A stretch of 64,000 nucleotides of DNA from Myxococcales bacterium (GCA_016794505.1 JAEUJZ010000049.1:136-64135), one strand, 5' to 3'; positions 19,231 to 31,913 are shown, counted from the stretch's first letter. The notes: generated by a model not told the origin, from the sequence alone. Made by a program: numbers and translations.

Positions 19231-22125
19231 CTAGGGGACGACGATCGGGAACAGGTTCAGATCGACCGCCAGGAAGGCCCCGACGCGGATCATCGAGAAC
19301 GGATCGCTGTGCTCCATCGGCTGGTTGTCGACATAAAAGTACGTGCGTAGCTGCGGTGCATACGACGCGCCCACGCCGAAGGTAAGCGGCGTCTTGTCGG
19401 CGCCGAACTTGAGGTACAGGCCCGGCGACAGCACACTCAGAAAGCTGACTTCGCTGGCGACGTTGACCCGCGTCTGCGTGTTGGTCATGGTGTTGGCCGG
19501 CTGTCCGTTGTTGCTCACCCGCGCCCAGGCAAGCTGTCCGACGTCCAGCACCGTGGCAAAGAAGCCCCAGGACCAGTTGCGGTTGTGGTGAACGGGGAAC
19601 TGCAGATCCAGGCCCAGCGCCGCCATGGGGCCGAGCGCGAAGCCGCCCGCGAGACCCGGCTGCGAATAGCCGGGCGCCACCACTTCACCGCCGATCTGCA
19701 CGCCGACCACGCCGGTCACGGTGAGGCTGGTGCCCTGTCGCTTGCTGCGCCACGAACCGACTGGCGCCGCCGCCGCGCTGAGCGCCGCCGAGACATCCTT
19801 GGGATCCTTGGCCGCGGCCAGATCCGAAATGAGCGTGATGTATTTCCGTACGCTGTCGGGCAGGCTGGCTGTCTCGCCGACCGCGGCCAGGGCCACCAAG
19901 ACCTGACGAACGCCGTCGGCATAGGCGCCGCGCAGCATGTCTTGGCTGGCGTGCATCAGCGAAAGCAGCGCGTCGAGCTTGGGCGTATCTCGGACCGCGA
20001 CCAGCGTGGCGCCGGACTCGATGAGGTCGGCCACCAGACTCAGCGTCTCGGCGGCAACCTGTGCGGCGGGTGGAGGGCTGCCAGTACGCCACTTTTGAAT
20101 CCGCTGTTCCAGATCAAACACCGCCAGCGCCAGCGCCCGTACTTCGCGATAGCCCTTCTCATTGGAAGGCGTGCTTGAGCACGTTACATTCTGTGTGTTG
20201 GTAAAGAATTCTTTTAGTGGGCTTGGGATCTTGTCTTCGCCACCGAAGAATCGCCCAATAATGATGTGATCCGCTGGCGAAACACCAAGCTGCTTCAGTG
20301 CAGTGCAGACCGTCTCTTCATTCCATGTCAAGGAACCAGAGGCATGCACACTGCTTTGAATCGCGGCCACCAGGCCGCCAAACCGACTGGCGAACACGCT
20401 GGTTGCGGCAATTGCGCAGAAGGCATCCATGCCCTGATCGCTCGCAGCGTCAATCGCATGGGCGCATAGCGACTGTGAATCCAGGGTCGAATAGGCTTTT
20501 CCTAGCGTCGTACCCAACCCTGCCAGCAGCTCAAGAGCGGGTGTTCCCTTGCGCAGCCCAGCGAACACCGAATAGAGCCCCTCGACGGTATATGTGGCAG
20601 CGATGGCCATGCGCAGCTCTCGCGTCGGCACCGTCGCCGGCCAGAGCAGATCGATCGTCACGTGAAACAGGGACGCCGTGTTTTGCATCACCGAGTCAGC
20701 ACTGGGGTTACGGGCTAGCGCATTAATATAGTCATACGTCAATACCAACTCTTCCAGCTCTGGGGGTGTGGCGGGAGAGGCTTCGCACGAGAGGGGAGTC
20801 TCGGGCTTGAGCAGCTTCTGCATTTTTTCGGAGAGATGCGAAAAAACCGTGGGCTTCGTCAGGTCGACGATGTACTGTAGGGTTTTGTCGCGTAGAACGG
20901 TAGTCACAGTCTTGCAAAACTCACCGCGGTTCTTGGGTTTTGACTTCATGACTGTGGTGACTAGTTCCAGCAAACGATGGGCAAGCACCAACTGACATTT
21001 GTGTGTATGCCAAAGGCCATTCGGATTGTCTTTGGTGTCTTCGCATTGCGTTTCAATAGCTTTGGCTGGATTGGGGATCACGTGGGAAACTGCGTCCGCA
21101 ATGCGATGGACATCGCGCTGGCGCAGGGCCTGCAGCAAGTGGCTGATATTCCCACCCAATCCATACAGATATCCAAAGCTGGCAATCGGCATGCCTTCCA
21201 AGTCCGCACGGATCGCCGAAGAAAGCAGCGCACCGTGGCTGGCTGGCGAGTCCTCTGTCGCGCTTAGCAGCGAGCAGGTCTGAGGAAACAGCGCAGACGA
21301 TTCTGCGCACAGCTTCTTTTTAAACGCAGACACGAACCAGAGCACAAGCTCTTGATTGGCGCGATCCACCATAAAATCCGCCAGGCCGGTCACAAGGGTG
21401 CCTTGCCAAGACATGCCACTGGCGCTGCCTGCCGTAGTCGGTGGCGGTGATCCGCCGCGTTCCGCAAGAGTGGCCTTCCCCCACGCATTACATTTGGCTC
21501 TTAGAGCCTTCTCTTCTTGCGTTGAGAGGGGGGCCGCGGGAAGCTTGAGGTATGATTTGAATTCCAGTAACTTGTTGGAAGAGATGTGGTTGACGGCTGC
21601 CAGGAATATTTCGATATATCTGGTCGCTAGAATCACATGAGCTTCACTGAGAGGTTTCTTATCGTACGTCGCAAGGCTATCAGATAATGCCTTGACCTGT
21701 TCGGCGGTAGCATAGAGCTTCTTGCGCTCGATGTCTACTTCCTTGTCTGCTTGGGCCTTTTCGCCATCAAAGTATTGTTGCAGTAAGGAACCCAATTCTT
21801 TCTTGTCACGCTGACTAATTTGCAATATTGTATATAATTTGGTGTCTTTATTAGATCTGTTTTCCGCGACGCGTACCCAAATGCCAATATCATTTCCTCC
21901 TTCGGGAGATTTGTTTAGTTCTTGCTTTGCTGCATGCGCGATAGATTCTATATCTGCGAGCCTTAGAATGGATTCGCACGATGGTATGCTGGTTGGCGGT
22001 GTTGCCAGGGGAATCGGCTGCAACCGCATAGGTGCTGCTTGTGCGGGGTATGAAATAGACAGCAGGACAAAGGCCACGATGTGGCCTAGCGCTGTGCGTA
22101 TAGATGGATATTTCCGGGGCATCAT
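19231..22125 (-). CDS. large (964 aa) secreted protein of unknown function with possible C-terminal beta-strand-rich (barrel-like) region
   Basis: N-terminal signal peptide; alternating hydrophobic pattern in the last 190 aa ending LNLFPIVVP; strong GC gradient (5' coding end about 45% GC, 3' end about 70%). Confidence 0.6.
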   Translation of the reverse strand: MMPRKYPSIRTALGHIVAFVLLSISYPAQAAPMRLQPIPLATPPTSIPSCESILRLADIESIAHAAKQELNKSPEGGNDIGIWVRVAENRSNKDTKLYTILQISQRDKKELGSLLQQYFDGEKAQADKEVDIERKKLYATAEQVKALSDSLATYDKKPLSEAHVILATRYIEIFLAAVNHISSNKLLEFKSYLKLPAAPLSTQEEKALRAKCNAWGKATLAERGGSPPPTTAGSASGMSWQGTLVTGLADFMVDRANQELVLWFVSAFKKKLCAESSALFPQTCSLLSATEDSPASHGALLSSAIRADLEGMPIASFGYLYGLGGNISHLLQALRQRDVHRIADAVSHVIPNPAKAIETQCEDTKDNPNGLWHTHKCQLVLAHRLLELVTTVMKSKPKNRGEFCKTVTTVLRDKTLQYIVDLTKPTVFSHLSEKMQKLLKPETPLSCEASPATPPELEELVLTYDYINALARNPSADSVMQNTASLFHVTIDLLWPATVPTRELRMAIAATYTVEGLYSVFAGLRKGTPALELLAGLGTTLGKAYSTLDSQSLCAHAIDAASDQGMDAFCAIAATSVFASRFGGLVAAIQSSVHASGSLTWNEETVCTALKQLGVSPADHIIIGRFFGGEDKIPSPLKEFFTNTQNVTCSSTPSNEKGYREVRALALAVFDLEQRIQKWRTGSPPPAAQVAAETLSLVADLIESGATLVAVRDTPKLDALLSLMHASQDMLRGAYADGVRQVLVALAAVGETASLPDSVRKYITLISDLAAAKDPKDVSAALSAAAAPVGSWRSKRQGTSLTVTGVVGVQIGGEVVAPGYSQPGLAGGFALGPMAALGLDLQFPVHHNRNWSWGFFATVLDVGQLAWARVSNNGQPANTMTNTQTRVNVASEVSFLSVLSPGLYLKFGADKTPLTFGVGASYAPQLRTYFYVDNQPMEHSDPFSMIRVGAFLAVDLNLFPIVVP

Positions 22126-22140
22126 TTGGACTCTCCTTGT

Positions 22141-23304
22141 TTACCCACGTACTTCTAGGGAAAGGCTGGTAAAGATCGCGCCGTCGACCCGCACGTACAA
22201 AGAGCCGCGTGGCGACTGCAGGTGCCAAAACGGCAGCGTCGGTGAGCAGGACTGCAGGCAGGGCTGCCAGACAAGCTCGGGGCGAAGCAGAGGCAAGTCG
22301 CGCAGCCAGGAACGATACCTGGCTATTGAGGGATCGCGCAACAGGTGTGGCAACAGCTGTACTAGAGAAGGAAGTAGCTGAAGGCGAGGCTCAGTCAGTG
22401 TATGATAACTTAACAATGTGCCATCATGCGCGTCGAATGCGGCGACCCCATGGATCAATCGCTCGGACGTCATGGGAACCAATGCATAGTATTTGTTCCC
22501 TTGATCGAGATAGCGCACAAAGCGTGGAATTCCGACATCCAGCAAGCGATGCACATCATCCAGACGGTGCATCTCTGCAGCCAGCGCGGGATACATGGCG
22601 AGCGTTTTCTGGACGAGAGAGAGTAATTCGTCGGTTTTGAGTCGTCGTCGACGCAATGATGAAGGGATCAGCTTCGGAAAGCGCGGCAATGGAACCGCGG
22701 GCGACTGCGCGCTGCACAGTGCGACATATTGCTCCACGAAGCCAGTGGCGGCACAGGTGATTGGAAATGAATATTGAGTAATCCAAGAATTATATGTGAC
22801 ATATACGCGGCCATAGCCATGAGCAGCGTTGCACTGATCGCTGTCACTGTGATTTCCAATGGATTTATGGAATGGAATATTTAGCCATAAGCCTTGCATG
22901 CCATATCCATATGGATCGTCGGGCGTGTTGTCTAATAGAACGCCTTGCACTACAGACCAGTGGTGATTTTTGTATATGGGAACAACGCAGGGACGGCGAT
23001 GCGTGACGATCGTGTCAATGATATAGTGCAATGAGTCGTATACGGTTTCAAATTGCGAATATGAGTATTTGAATGCATCGTCCCGTGGCAATAACTCGTT
23101 AATGGCCGCGGTGAGCCCTGCTGGATCTGAATGCCAGGTAGAATCCTGTTTGTTGTGTTCGATAATCTCAGCAATTTGCGCTTGATTGACGGTTTGACTG
23201 GGGACGCCCTGCGTCGCTAGCAGCATCATGGCGCTTGCCGGACCACAGTATGTTCGACCGTCTTGATGGTGATACTTACAAGTCACTTCTTGTTGCCAAG
23301 TCAT
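22141..23304 (-). CDS. papain-fold cysteine peptidase-domain protein (Peptidase_C39-like N-terminal domain plus unknown C-terminal domain)
   Basis: HHQDGRTYCGPASAMMLL ... NHHWSVVQGV; low-GC DNA; 15-bp gap to the downstream 964-aa gene (operon). Confidence 0.55.
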   Translation of the reverse strand: MTWQQEVTCKYHHQDGRTYCGPASAMMLLATQGVPSQTVNQAQIAEIIEHNKQDSTWHSDPAGLTAAINELLPRDDAFKYSYSQFETVYDSLHYIIDTIVTHRRPCVVPIYKNHHWSVVQGVLLDNTPDDPYGYGMQGLWLNIPFHKSIGNHSDSDQCNAAHGYGRVYVTYNSWITQYSFPITCAATGFVEQYVALCSAQSPAVPLPRFPKLIPSSLRRRRLKTDELLSLVQKTLAMYPALAAEMHRLDDVHRLLDVGIPRFVRYLDQGNKYYALVPMTSERLIHGVAAFDAHDGTLLSYHTLTEPRLQLLPSLVQLLPHLLRDPSIARYRSWLRDLPLLRPELVWQPCLQSCSPTLPFWHLQSPRGSLYVRVDGAIFTSLSLEVRG

Positions 23305-23544
23305 CGAAGCCTCGTGTGATCAGAGAGAGGGTTTGAGAGTCGGAGTATGCGTGAATCGCGCAGCGAGCTGAGCCGAGGCAGAGCAACCATTGTGCCATTT
23401 TACGCAGGGGAGGACGCGGAGGGATTTGCGCGGGTCTGCGCAAAGACTGCAGGCAAGCTGGCTGCCTGCGAACAAGCTGCGGGCAGGCAGGCGAGGGGCG
23501 ATACCACGAAGCCACGGGAAATGCGGGCTGCTGCGCGATGCCGC

Positions 23545-25092
23545 TTATTCCCACTCGATGGTGCCGGGGGGCTTGCTGGTCAGGTCGTAGACGACGCGGT
23601 TGATGCCGGCGACTTCGTTGACGAGCCGGCTGGCGATGGCTTTGAGGTCCGAAAGAGGAAGCTCGCTGGCCTCGGCGGTCATGGCGTCGACCGAGGACAC
23701 GGCGCGGATGCACAGGGCTGACTCATAGCTGCGGCTGTCGCCCATGACACCGACGCTGCGAACCGGCAAAAGCACGACGAAGGCCTGCCAGGTGCGGTCG
23801 TACAAGCTGCGGGCCAGAAGCTCGTCGTGGAAGATGGCGTCGGCGCGGCGCAGGATCTCGATGCGATCGGGCTCTAGCGGGCCCAGGCAGCGAATGGCCA
23901 GGCCGGGGCCGGGGAAGGGATGCTGGTGCAGGATGTATGGGTCGATGCCGAGCAAGGCGCCGATCTCGCGCACCTCGTCTTTGAAGAAGCGGCGCAGCGG
24001 CTCGATCAGCTGCAGGCGGTTCCACTCGTCGGGAAAGCCACCGACGTTGTGGTGGCTTTTGATGGTGTGGGCGCGGGCCAGCTTGTTGTCGGCGCTTTCG
24101 ATGACGTCGGAATAGATCGTGCCCTGCGCCAGGTGCGAAAACTGGCTGTGGCCGACGTGATCGGCGAAGGTCTCGACGAACAGGCGGCCCATACCGCGGC
24201 GCTTGGTCTCGGGGTCGGCGATGCCGGCCAGCGTCCCCCAGAAGCGATCCTTGGCGTCGATGACTTCCAAGCGAATCGTCGGGTACTGGTCAAAGACGCG
24301 CCGCAGGTTGGTCAGGTCATAGGCGCGCAAAAAGCCGTGATCGACGAACAGCGCACGCACGTGGGTGACCTTGGACAAGAGCACGGCCATCACCGTTGAG
24401 TCGACGCCTCCTGAGACGGCGCAGACGACCTCGGGCACGTGGGCTAGCTCGACGCGAAGCTGGGCCTGCACGTGCTCAAGCTCGCTGCGCAGGTTCCAGT
24501 CGGGCGACAGGCGACAGATGTCGCGGGCGAAGGCCTCAAGCAGCACCTTGCCCTCGGGCGTGTGATAGACCTCGGGGTGGAACTGCAGACCCCACAGGCG
24601 GCGGCCTGGACCCAACGAGGTCTCGACGCGAAAGGCCGATGGCTTGCCGTTTGACTCCAGCAACAAGGTGGCGCCAGCGGGCAGCGCGACGACCGAGTCG
24701 CCGTGGCTCATCCAGACCTGCGTCTTTGGCGACAGCTTGGCCGTCAGAAGATCGCTGCGGCCGGCCGGCGTCTTTTGCACCTGCGCCGCGCCGTACTCGC
24801 GATGCGTGGCGCAGACGACCTGGCCACCGAGCACCTTGGCTAGCCACTGATAACCAAAGCACAGACCCAAGATGGGAATGCCCAGATCCAAGATGGCGGG
24901 ATCGGGATCGTGTCCCTGTCCCACGCTGGCGGGTGAGCCCGACAGAATGATGCCGTCGGGACGCGGCGTGCGCTGGGCCAAGGTGCGGGCGTCGGTCTGA
25001 CCGGATAGCACCTCGGTCGCGAAGCCCTGGCTGCGCAGGCGACGGGCGATGAGCTGGGTGTACTGCGAGCCAAAGTCGAGGACGGCGATCAT
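23545..25092 (-). CDS. guaA: GMP synthase (glutamine-hydrolysing)
   Basis: class-I glutamine amidotransferase N-terminus [20 protein letters not shown] plus ATP-PPase/GMP synthase C-terminal domain ending TIEWE. Confidence 0.9.
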   Translation of the reverse strand: MIAVLDFGSQYTQLIARRLRSQGFATEVLSGQTDARTLAQRTPRPDGIILSGSPASVGQGHDPDPAILDLGIPILGLCFGYQWLAKVLGGQVVCATHREYGAAQVQKTPAGRSDLLTAKLSPKTQVWMSHGDSVVALPAGATLLLESNGKPSAFRVETSLGPGRRLWGLQFHPEVYHTPEGKVLLEAFARDICRLSPDWNLRSELEHVQAQLRVELAHVPEVVCAVSGGVDSTVMAVLLSKVTHVRALFVDHGFLRAYDLTNLRRVFDQYPTIRLEVIDAKDRFWGTLAGIADPETKRRGMGRLFVETFADHVGHSQFSHLAQGTIYSDVIESADNKLARAHTIKSHHNVGGFPDEWNRLQLIEPLRRFFKDEVREIGALLGIDPYILHQHPFPGPGLAIRCLGPLEPDRIEILRRADAIFHDELLARSLYDRTWQAFVVLLPVRSVGVMGDSRSYESALCIRAVSSVDAMTAEASELPLSDLKAIASRLVNEVAGINRVVYDLTSKPPGTIEWE

Positions 25093-26576
25093 GAGCCACT
25101 CTGCCCGGACGCGCCGGAGTAGTTGGGCGCCTCTGCGGTGATGGTGACGTCGTGGACGTGACTTTCACGCAAGCCGCCGGGGGTCAGACGTCGGAAGCGC
25201 GCCTTGCGCTTTAGCTCGTCGAGATCGCGAGCGCCGACGTAGCCCATGCCGGCGCGCAAGCCCCCCATAAGCTGTTCCACGACCTGCTTGAGCGGGCCGC
25301 GATAGGGCACGCGCGCCTCGACGCCTTCGGGCACCAGCTTGCCGGTCTGATCGACGTCTTGCTGACGATAGCGGTCGCGGCTGCCTTTCTTCATCGCGGC
25401 CAGCGAACCCATGCCGCGATACGACTTGTAGCTTCTGCCTTGGTACAGGACGATTTCGCCTGGGCTCTCGTCGGTGCCGGCGAACAGGCTGCCGATCATG
25501 ACGGCATCGGCGCCGGCCGCCAAGGCCTTGGTGATGTCGCCAGAATAGCGGACACCGCCGTCGGCAATGATGCCGATACTCGGCTCGCCTGGCTTGCGGG
25601 GATGGCGCTGGCGCACGGCCTCGGCGACTTCGACGACGGCGCTCCACTGCGCGACGCCGACGCCGGACACGACGCGCGTTGTGCAGATGGATCCAGGGCC
25701 CATGCCGATCTTTACGATCGATGCGCCGGCCTCGACGAGCGCGAGGGCTCCTTCGGCGGTTCCGACGTTGCCACCGATGATCGGCAGCGCGGGATAGCGA
25801 CTGCGCAGCATGCTCAGTGTGCCAAGTACCCCGTCGCTGTGCCCATGTGCTGAGTCAAGCACCAGGCAGTCCACGCCGGCTTCGACCTGCATGGCCGCGC
25901 GGTGCAGGCCTTCATCGCCAACGCCAATGGCGGCGGCAACCATTAGGCTGCCTTGCGAGTCGCGCAGCGAAAACGGGTGCGACTCGGATTCGCGCCAGTC
26001 GCGCGAGGTGATCAGCCCACCCAGCTTGCCCTCCGCATCGACAAGAGGGAGCTTTTCCAGCTTCCACTTGCGAAAGAATGCCTCGGCGTCGGCGCGCGTG
26101 GCCGAGATCGGCAGGCTGTGTACCGGCGTCGACATGATGTCGGCAACCTTGGCCTTGCCATCGGTGACATAGCGAATATCGCGCCCGGTGCAGATACCGA
26201 CCAGCACGCCGCGATCGTCGACAACTGGGAAGCCAGTCACGCCGCTCTCGGCGATCAGCTGATGCACTTCTTCGATCGTCTGGTTGGCCTTGATCGTAAG
26301 CGGGCTGTGGATGACGGCGTGCTGGAACTTCTTTACGCGTCGCACCATGCGCGCTTGCTCTTCCGGTGGGCAGTTGCGGTGAAGGACGCCCAGGCCTCCG
26401 AACAGCGCCATCGCGATCGCGGTCTGTGATTCGGTGACGGTGTCCATGGCGGCGGACAAAAGCGGAATCTTTAGGCGCAGAGTTCCAAGCTGCGTCTCGA
26501 TCTGGCATTCCGACGGCAACACCTGCGAGAAGCCGGGCATCAAGAGTACGTCGTCGAAGGACAGCGACAGCTCCAT
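25089..26576 (-). CDS. guaB: IMP dehydrogenase
   Basis: [15 protein letters not shown] start; CBS pair; catalytic loop [11 protein letters not shown]; overlaps the guaA start by 4 bp. Confidence 0.9.
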   Translation of the reverse strand: MELSLSFDDVLLMPGFSQVLPSECQIETQLGTLRLKIPLLSAAMDTVTESQTAIAMALFGGLGVLHRNCPPEEQARMVRRVKKFQHAVIHSPLTIKANQTIEEVHQLIAESGVTGFPVVDDRGVLVGICTGRDIRYVTDGKAKVADIMSTPVHSLPISATRADAEAFFRKWKLEKLPLVDAEGKLGGLITSRDWRESESHPFSLRDSQGSLMVAAAIGVGDEGLHRAAMQVEAGVDCLVLDSAHGHSDGVLGTLSMLRSRYPALPIIGGNVGTAEGALALVEAGASIVKIGMGPGSICTTRVVSGVGVAQWSAVVEVAEAVRQRHPRKPGEPSIGIIADGGVRYSGDITKALAAGADAVMIGSLFAGTDESPGEIVLYQGRSYKSYRGMGSLAAMKKGSRDRYRQQDVDQTGKLVPEGVEARVPYRGPLKQVVEQLMGGLRAGMGYVGARDLDELKRKARFRRLTPGGLRESHVHDVTITAEAPNYSGASGQSGS

Positions 26577-26789
26577 GGCTTCCCCGGCGAAGCTGGGCGG
26601 CGGCGGCGTCCCCTGCGAGGCGTGCGGCCCAAGCGGGCTGAGCGCTGCATTCGACGACGTAGAACTGTGACGAACGTGTGACGGAAATGGCGGCTCAGAA
26701 GAGGGCGGGTTCGGCATGGCCCGCTCGTATACACAAAGCCTCGGCCATAGTCATTGAGCATTTGACAGCGTCGCGGTACGTTAAGAACG

Positions 26790-28442
<1,653 letters not shown>

Positions 28443-28557
28443 GCTCTGTTTTCGCGGGGGGAAGACTCGCTGCGGTTGGCTATCGACCGATGAGGAGACT
28501 CGCTGCAGCCGTCTGCTTTCCCGACCCAGAAACCCGATTCACCGGTTCAGGAGTGCC

Positions 28558-29022
28558 ATGTCTGCCAAGAATTCGCCGATTTCCAAAGAGGCCTTTTCGA
28601 GCTATCTGCGCAGTCGCTTCACGCCCGCTGGCTTCGATGTCAGCGAGTCCGGCGACGCCCCGTACAAAGAGCTGGTCAGGCACCTGCCCGAGGGCTTTTC
28701 ATTCGGCATGACCATCGCGCGCAATGACGCTGGGGCAGGGGACAAGGCCCGCTTAGGGGTGTGGTTCCGACCGGCTGGCAAGGGTGGGATCCAGGATCTT
28801 GCGGCGCTGCGTACGCACTATCAGGTGAAGTTGCAGCAGCAGGGACGGGGCTGCCGGATACACAGCTGTGCGCCACCCGTGGGCAGCTTCTTTCTGTTCT
28901 GGGAAACCACCGCGCCACTGCCCGAGGGGGTTGTCTCGGGCTGGGTCGAGATGGTAGAGGAGCTGTCTGCTCTGTGCTTCGATACCGACGCACTCGACGC
29001 ATTCCTAAGCGAACAAGCCTAA
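28558..29022 (+). CDS. hypothetical protein
   Basis: ORF with plausible start; no recognisable motifs. Confidence 0.35.
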   Translation: MSAKNSPISKEAFSSYLRSRFTPAGFDVSESGDAPYKELVRHLPEGFSFGMTIARNDAGAGDKARLGVWFRPAGKGGIQDLAALRTHYQVKLQQQGRGCRIHSCAPPVGSFFLFWETTAPLPEGVVSGWVEMVEELSALCFDTDALDAFLSEQA

Positions 29023-29034
29023 CGGAGCCTTGCC

Positions 29035-29985
29035 ATGAAGCCGTGTGCCCGTCCCGGAAACCTGCCCTCGTGGGCCCACTCGTCGAGAGAGCATCGCTTG
29101 GACGCGCCGCAAAGCAAGGCGACAAGGGGCGGGCAGCATCGGCGTTGTGCGAGGATCGAGACCCGCTTGCTGTCCGCGCTGTCCTCCCTTTTGCTGTGCG
29201 GCGTGGGCTGTGATCCCGGCGGGAACAACGGCTCGATGGACATGGCGCCGCCTGCCGATCCGCAGGTGCGCTTTGCTCACTTCTTGGTCGATATTCCTGC
29301 GTTCGACATCTGCCTGAAGGCCCCCGGCGAGACTGACTTCACGGGGCCGCTCATCCGCACCATGCTGCAGCGCTCAGGCGGCGTGCCCTATGGCTATGAG
29401 ACGGCGTACGTGACGCTGAAGCCGGTATCGTATCAAGCGCACGTCGTGTCGGGGCTGGCTACGTCATGCACCGGGCCGTCGCTGGGAGGGGTGCCGGACG
29501 TGAACTTGAACCAGCTCAGCGCGGGACGGCAGTACACCATCGCTGCGATTGGCAATCCGCTGAAGACATTCAAGCTGCCGGTGGTGTCGCTTCTTGAAGA
29601 CGATATGACGGTGACGGCAGGCCAGGCCCGACTGCGCTTCGTTCACGCCGCCGATGGGCAGGGCGGACTGGAGCTCGGCAGCGGCAGCAGCGGCACGTAC
29701 AGCAAGCTGTTTACCGCCAACGACTATGGCAAGGCTGGCAGCACAGGCAGTGGCGCCTATGCGACGGTGCCGCCCATCGCCAACGGCACGTACAGCCTGC
29801 GCTCTGCCGGAGCCGGAGGGGACCTGCTTGCCCTGATGAACAAGGTGACCTTGGTGGCTGGATCGGTGTACACCGCGACGGTGATGGGGGAAGCGGGTGG
29901 TGGAACGTCGCCTCTTGCGATCTCGCTGTGCAATGACTCTGCTGCGGCGATGAGCGGCCTTGCCCCGTGCAGCGAGCTGCGCTGA
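29035..29985 (+). CDS. secreted/lipoprotein of unknown function (DUF4397-like beta-sandwich repeat); start uncertain
   Basis: LLLCGVGC lipobox-like region; Gly/Ser/Thr-rich repeats. Confidence 0.4.
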   Translation: MKPCARPGNLPSWAHSSREHRLDAPQSKATRGGQHRRCARIETRLLSALSSLLLCGVGCDPGGNNGSMDMAPPADPQVRFAHFLVDIPAFDICLKAPGETDFTGPLIRTMLQRSGGVPYGYETAYVTLKPVSYQAHVVSGLATSCTGPSLGGVPDVNLNQLSAGRQYTIAAIGNPLKTFKLPVVSLLEDDMTVTAGQARLRFVHAADGQGGLELGSGSSGTYSKLFTANDYGKAGSTGSGAYATVPPIANGTYSLRSAGAGGDLLALMNKVTLVAGSVYTATVMGEAGGGTSPLAISLCNDSAAAMSGLAPCSELR

Positions 29986-30001
29986 GCCCAAGCCCGCGCG
30001 A

Positions 30002-30652
30002 CTACAGCCGCTCGTCCGCTTCGAACTCGGCCGTGTACTTTTCGAGATCGATGCCTTGATCTTGAAGCGGCTTGCGCACGCGATAGCGTGTGACTTTCGC
30101 GCTCGACAGGATGAAGGAACGAATTACTTCCTCGCGCCCGACGATACGAGTCGATTCGGCCAGGTATTCGGCGTTCTTTGAAACGCGCCAGCGCACCAGT
30201 GCGCGGAACAGCGCCGGCACGCTCTTGAGCAGCACTTTGAGCAGCTCTTCTGCCTCGGGACGCCACGACAGCTCTTTTGGCAGCTCGGGCGTATAGCCGT
30301 ACTCGTCTTCGCTGAGCTCGCGCCACAGAACCAGGCTATTCCCGTCGCTGTCTGCGACCTGAGAAAACAGCTCGTGTTCTTCGGTGCGCATCGGCTCATA
30401 GCGCACGCGCAGCCCTAGATCGACCAGTTTCTGGGTCGTTTCCTCGACGTTGTTGACCTGGATGCGCAGCGTAACCGGGTGTTCCACGTGGCGCGTCTTG
30501 AGCAGCCGCAAGATGCAGGTTCCGGTGTCGACATCGACATACCCTTCGCCGCGGCGCTTGACCCAAAACGGCAAGTGCTGCGTGAACAGCTGTTCGCTGT
30601 GTTCCAAGCTGGTCACCGGCACATCAATGTGGCTTAACCCGAGGATTCCCAT
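30002..30652 (-). CDS. VOC/glyoxalase-family domain protein with C-terminal extension
   Basis: N-terminal glyoxalase-like beta-alpha-beta-beta-beta module. Confidence 0.45.
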   Translation of the reverse strand: MGILGLSHIDVPVTSLEHSEQLFTQHLPFWVKRRGEGYVDVDTGTCILRLLKTRHVEHPVTLRIQVNNVEETTQKLVDLGLRVRYEPMRTEEHELFSQVADSDGNSLVLWRELSEDEYGYTPELPKELSWRPEAEELLKVLLKSVPALFRALVRWRVSKNAEYLAESTRIVGREEVIRSFILSSAKVTRYRVRKPLQDQGIDLEKYTAEFEADERL

Positions 30653-30756
30653 GGCGATCTCTTGGCAGGCGAGATCAGCGTATCAACATTTCCAAGCGTC
30701 CGGGCTTTTGTCTGCGCTGTCCTCGGAAGGGATGCGAAAACGAGGCGCCTTTGCGG

Positions 30757-31848
30757 CTAGCGCAGCTTGAGAGCGGTGGCTTCTTGTTCGGCGCTGAGTC
30801 CAGCGCGCAGCTTGGCTTGACGCTCGGCAGGCAGCGTCTGCCACCACGCTAGCGTGTCGGCGATCGTCGTCGCGAGCGGCCGAAACGTCAGCCCGGTCTT
30901 GATGGCGCGTGCATGACTGACCTGGGCCATTCCGATGTCACTGGGCGGGACCCAGATCGGCACATGGTCGAGGACCCCTGCTTGCTTGAGCTTGTCGGCT
31001 GAGATCCACACGAAGCGCGCATCGGACTTGGTGACGCGCTTACACGTCTCAAGCAGCTCGCCCATGCTCAGTTTTTTTTCTGGGCCGACCAAGTTGAACA
31101 CGCCGCTTTGACCTGCGATCGCTTGCGTCACCATCCAGTCGCCCAGATCGCGCACATCGATGATCTGCACAGGGTCGCTGGCGGTGCCGGGCGCCAGCAT
31201 CTCTCCACCGCGGCGTACACGCAGAGGCCACGATGTGAAGCGATCCGTGGGGTCGCGTGGGCCGACGATGTAACCGGGTCGGACGATCAGTGCAGCCCCT
31301 GGGAAGGCGGCCTGCGCGGCTTGCTCACAGAGCACTTTCAATCCGCCGTACGTGCCCTCGGTGATCTTTTCCACTGTCGGATCGCTGAGCGTCGCAAGCT
31401 CAGAGTCTTCCGCGAGCGGCTTGGTCATGTCTTTGTACGCCGAGACCGACGAGACAAAGACATAGGACTTCGCGCGCCCCTTGAGCGCCGCAGCCATGTT
31501 GCGAATCTGTCGCGGGTAATAGCCTGAGGTATCGATGACCGCATCGAAGCTGCGGCCCGCAAACAAGCTGGTCAGCGTAGCGACATCGGCGTTGCGGTCG
31601 CCGTGAATCTTTTCCAGTTCGGGAAACAGGCCGGGGTTGGTTTTACCGCGATTGAACAGCGTGATCTTGGCGCCGCGGCGCTTGGCTTCCTCGACGAATG
31701 CTGGGCCGACAAAGCTCGTGCCACCAATCATCAAGAAGTGCTTGCCGGCACCCGATGCGGCGGCTGCAGCGTCGCTGTGCGCGGGCCAAAAGGGCAGCGA
31801 GAGCGCTGCGCCAGCCGAGGACAAAAGAAAAGTTCGACGAGACTGCAT
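30757..31848 (-). CDS. NAD-dependent epimerase/dehydratase (SDR family) with twin-arginine signal
   Basis: SRRTFLL Tat motif; GGTSFVG Rossmann motif. Confidence 0.7.
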   Translation of the reverse strand: MQSRRTFLLSSAGAALSLPFWPAHSDAAAAASGAGKHFLMIGGTSFVGPAFVEEAKRRGAKITLFNRGKTNPGLFPELEKIHGDRNADVATLTSLFAGRSFDAVIDTSGYYPRQIRNMAAALKGRAKSYVFVSSVSAYKDMTKPLAEDSELATLSDPTVEKITEGTYGGLKVLCEQAAQAAFPGAALIVRPGYIVGPRDPTDRFTSWPLRVRRGGEMLAPGTASDPVQIIDVRDLGDWMVTQAIAGQSGVFNLVGPEKKLSMGELLETCKRVTKSDARFVWISADKLKQAGVLDHVPIWVPPSDIGMAQVSHARAIKTGLTFRPLATTIADTLAWWQTLPAERQAKLRAGLSAEQEATALKLR

Positions 31849-31913
31849 GGGGGCTCCTTTTTTTCAGCAGACAAGACGGGGACGCAGGCATCCCGGAAGC
31901 GGGCCGCGAGTAC

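Noticed and set aside
25089-26717. guaB ORF with a 47-aa N-terminal extension
   Set aside because: IMPDH proteins begin at the [15 protein letters not shown]-type motif. The upstream extension is a low-complexity Pro/Ser stretch typical of GC-rich read-through.
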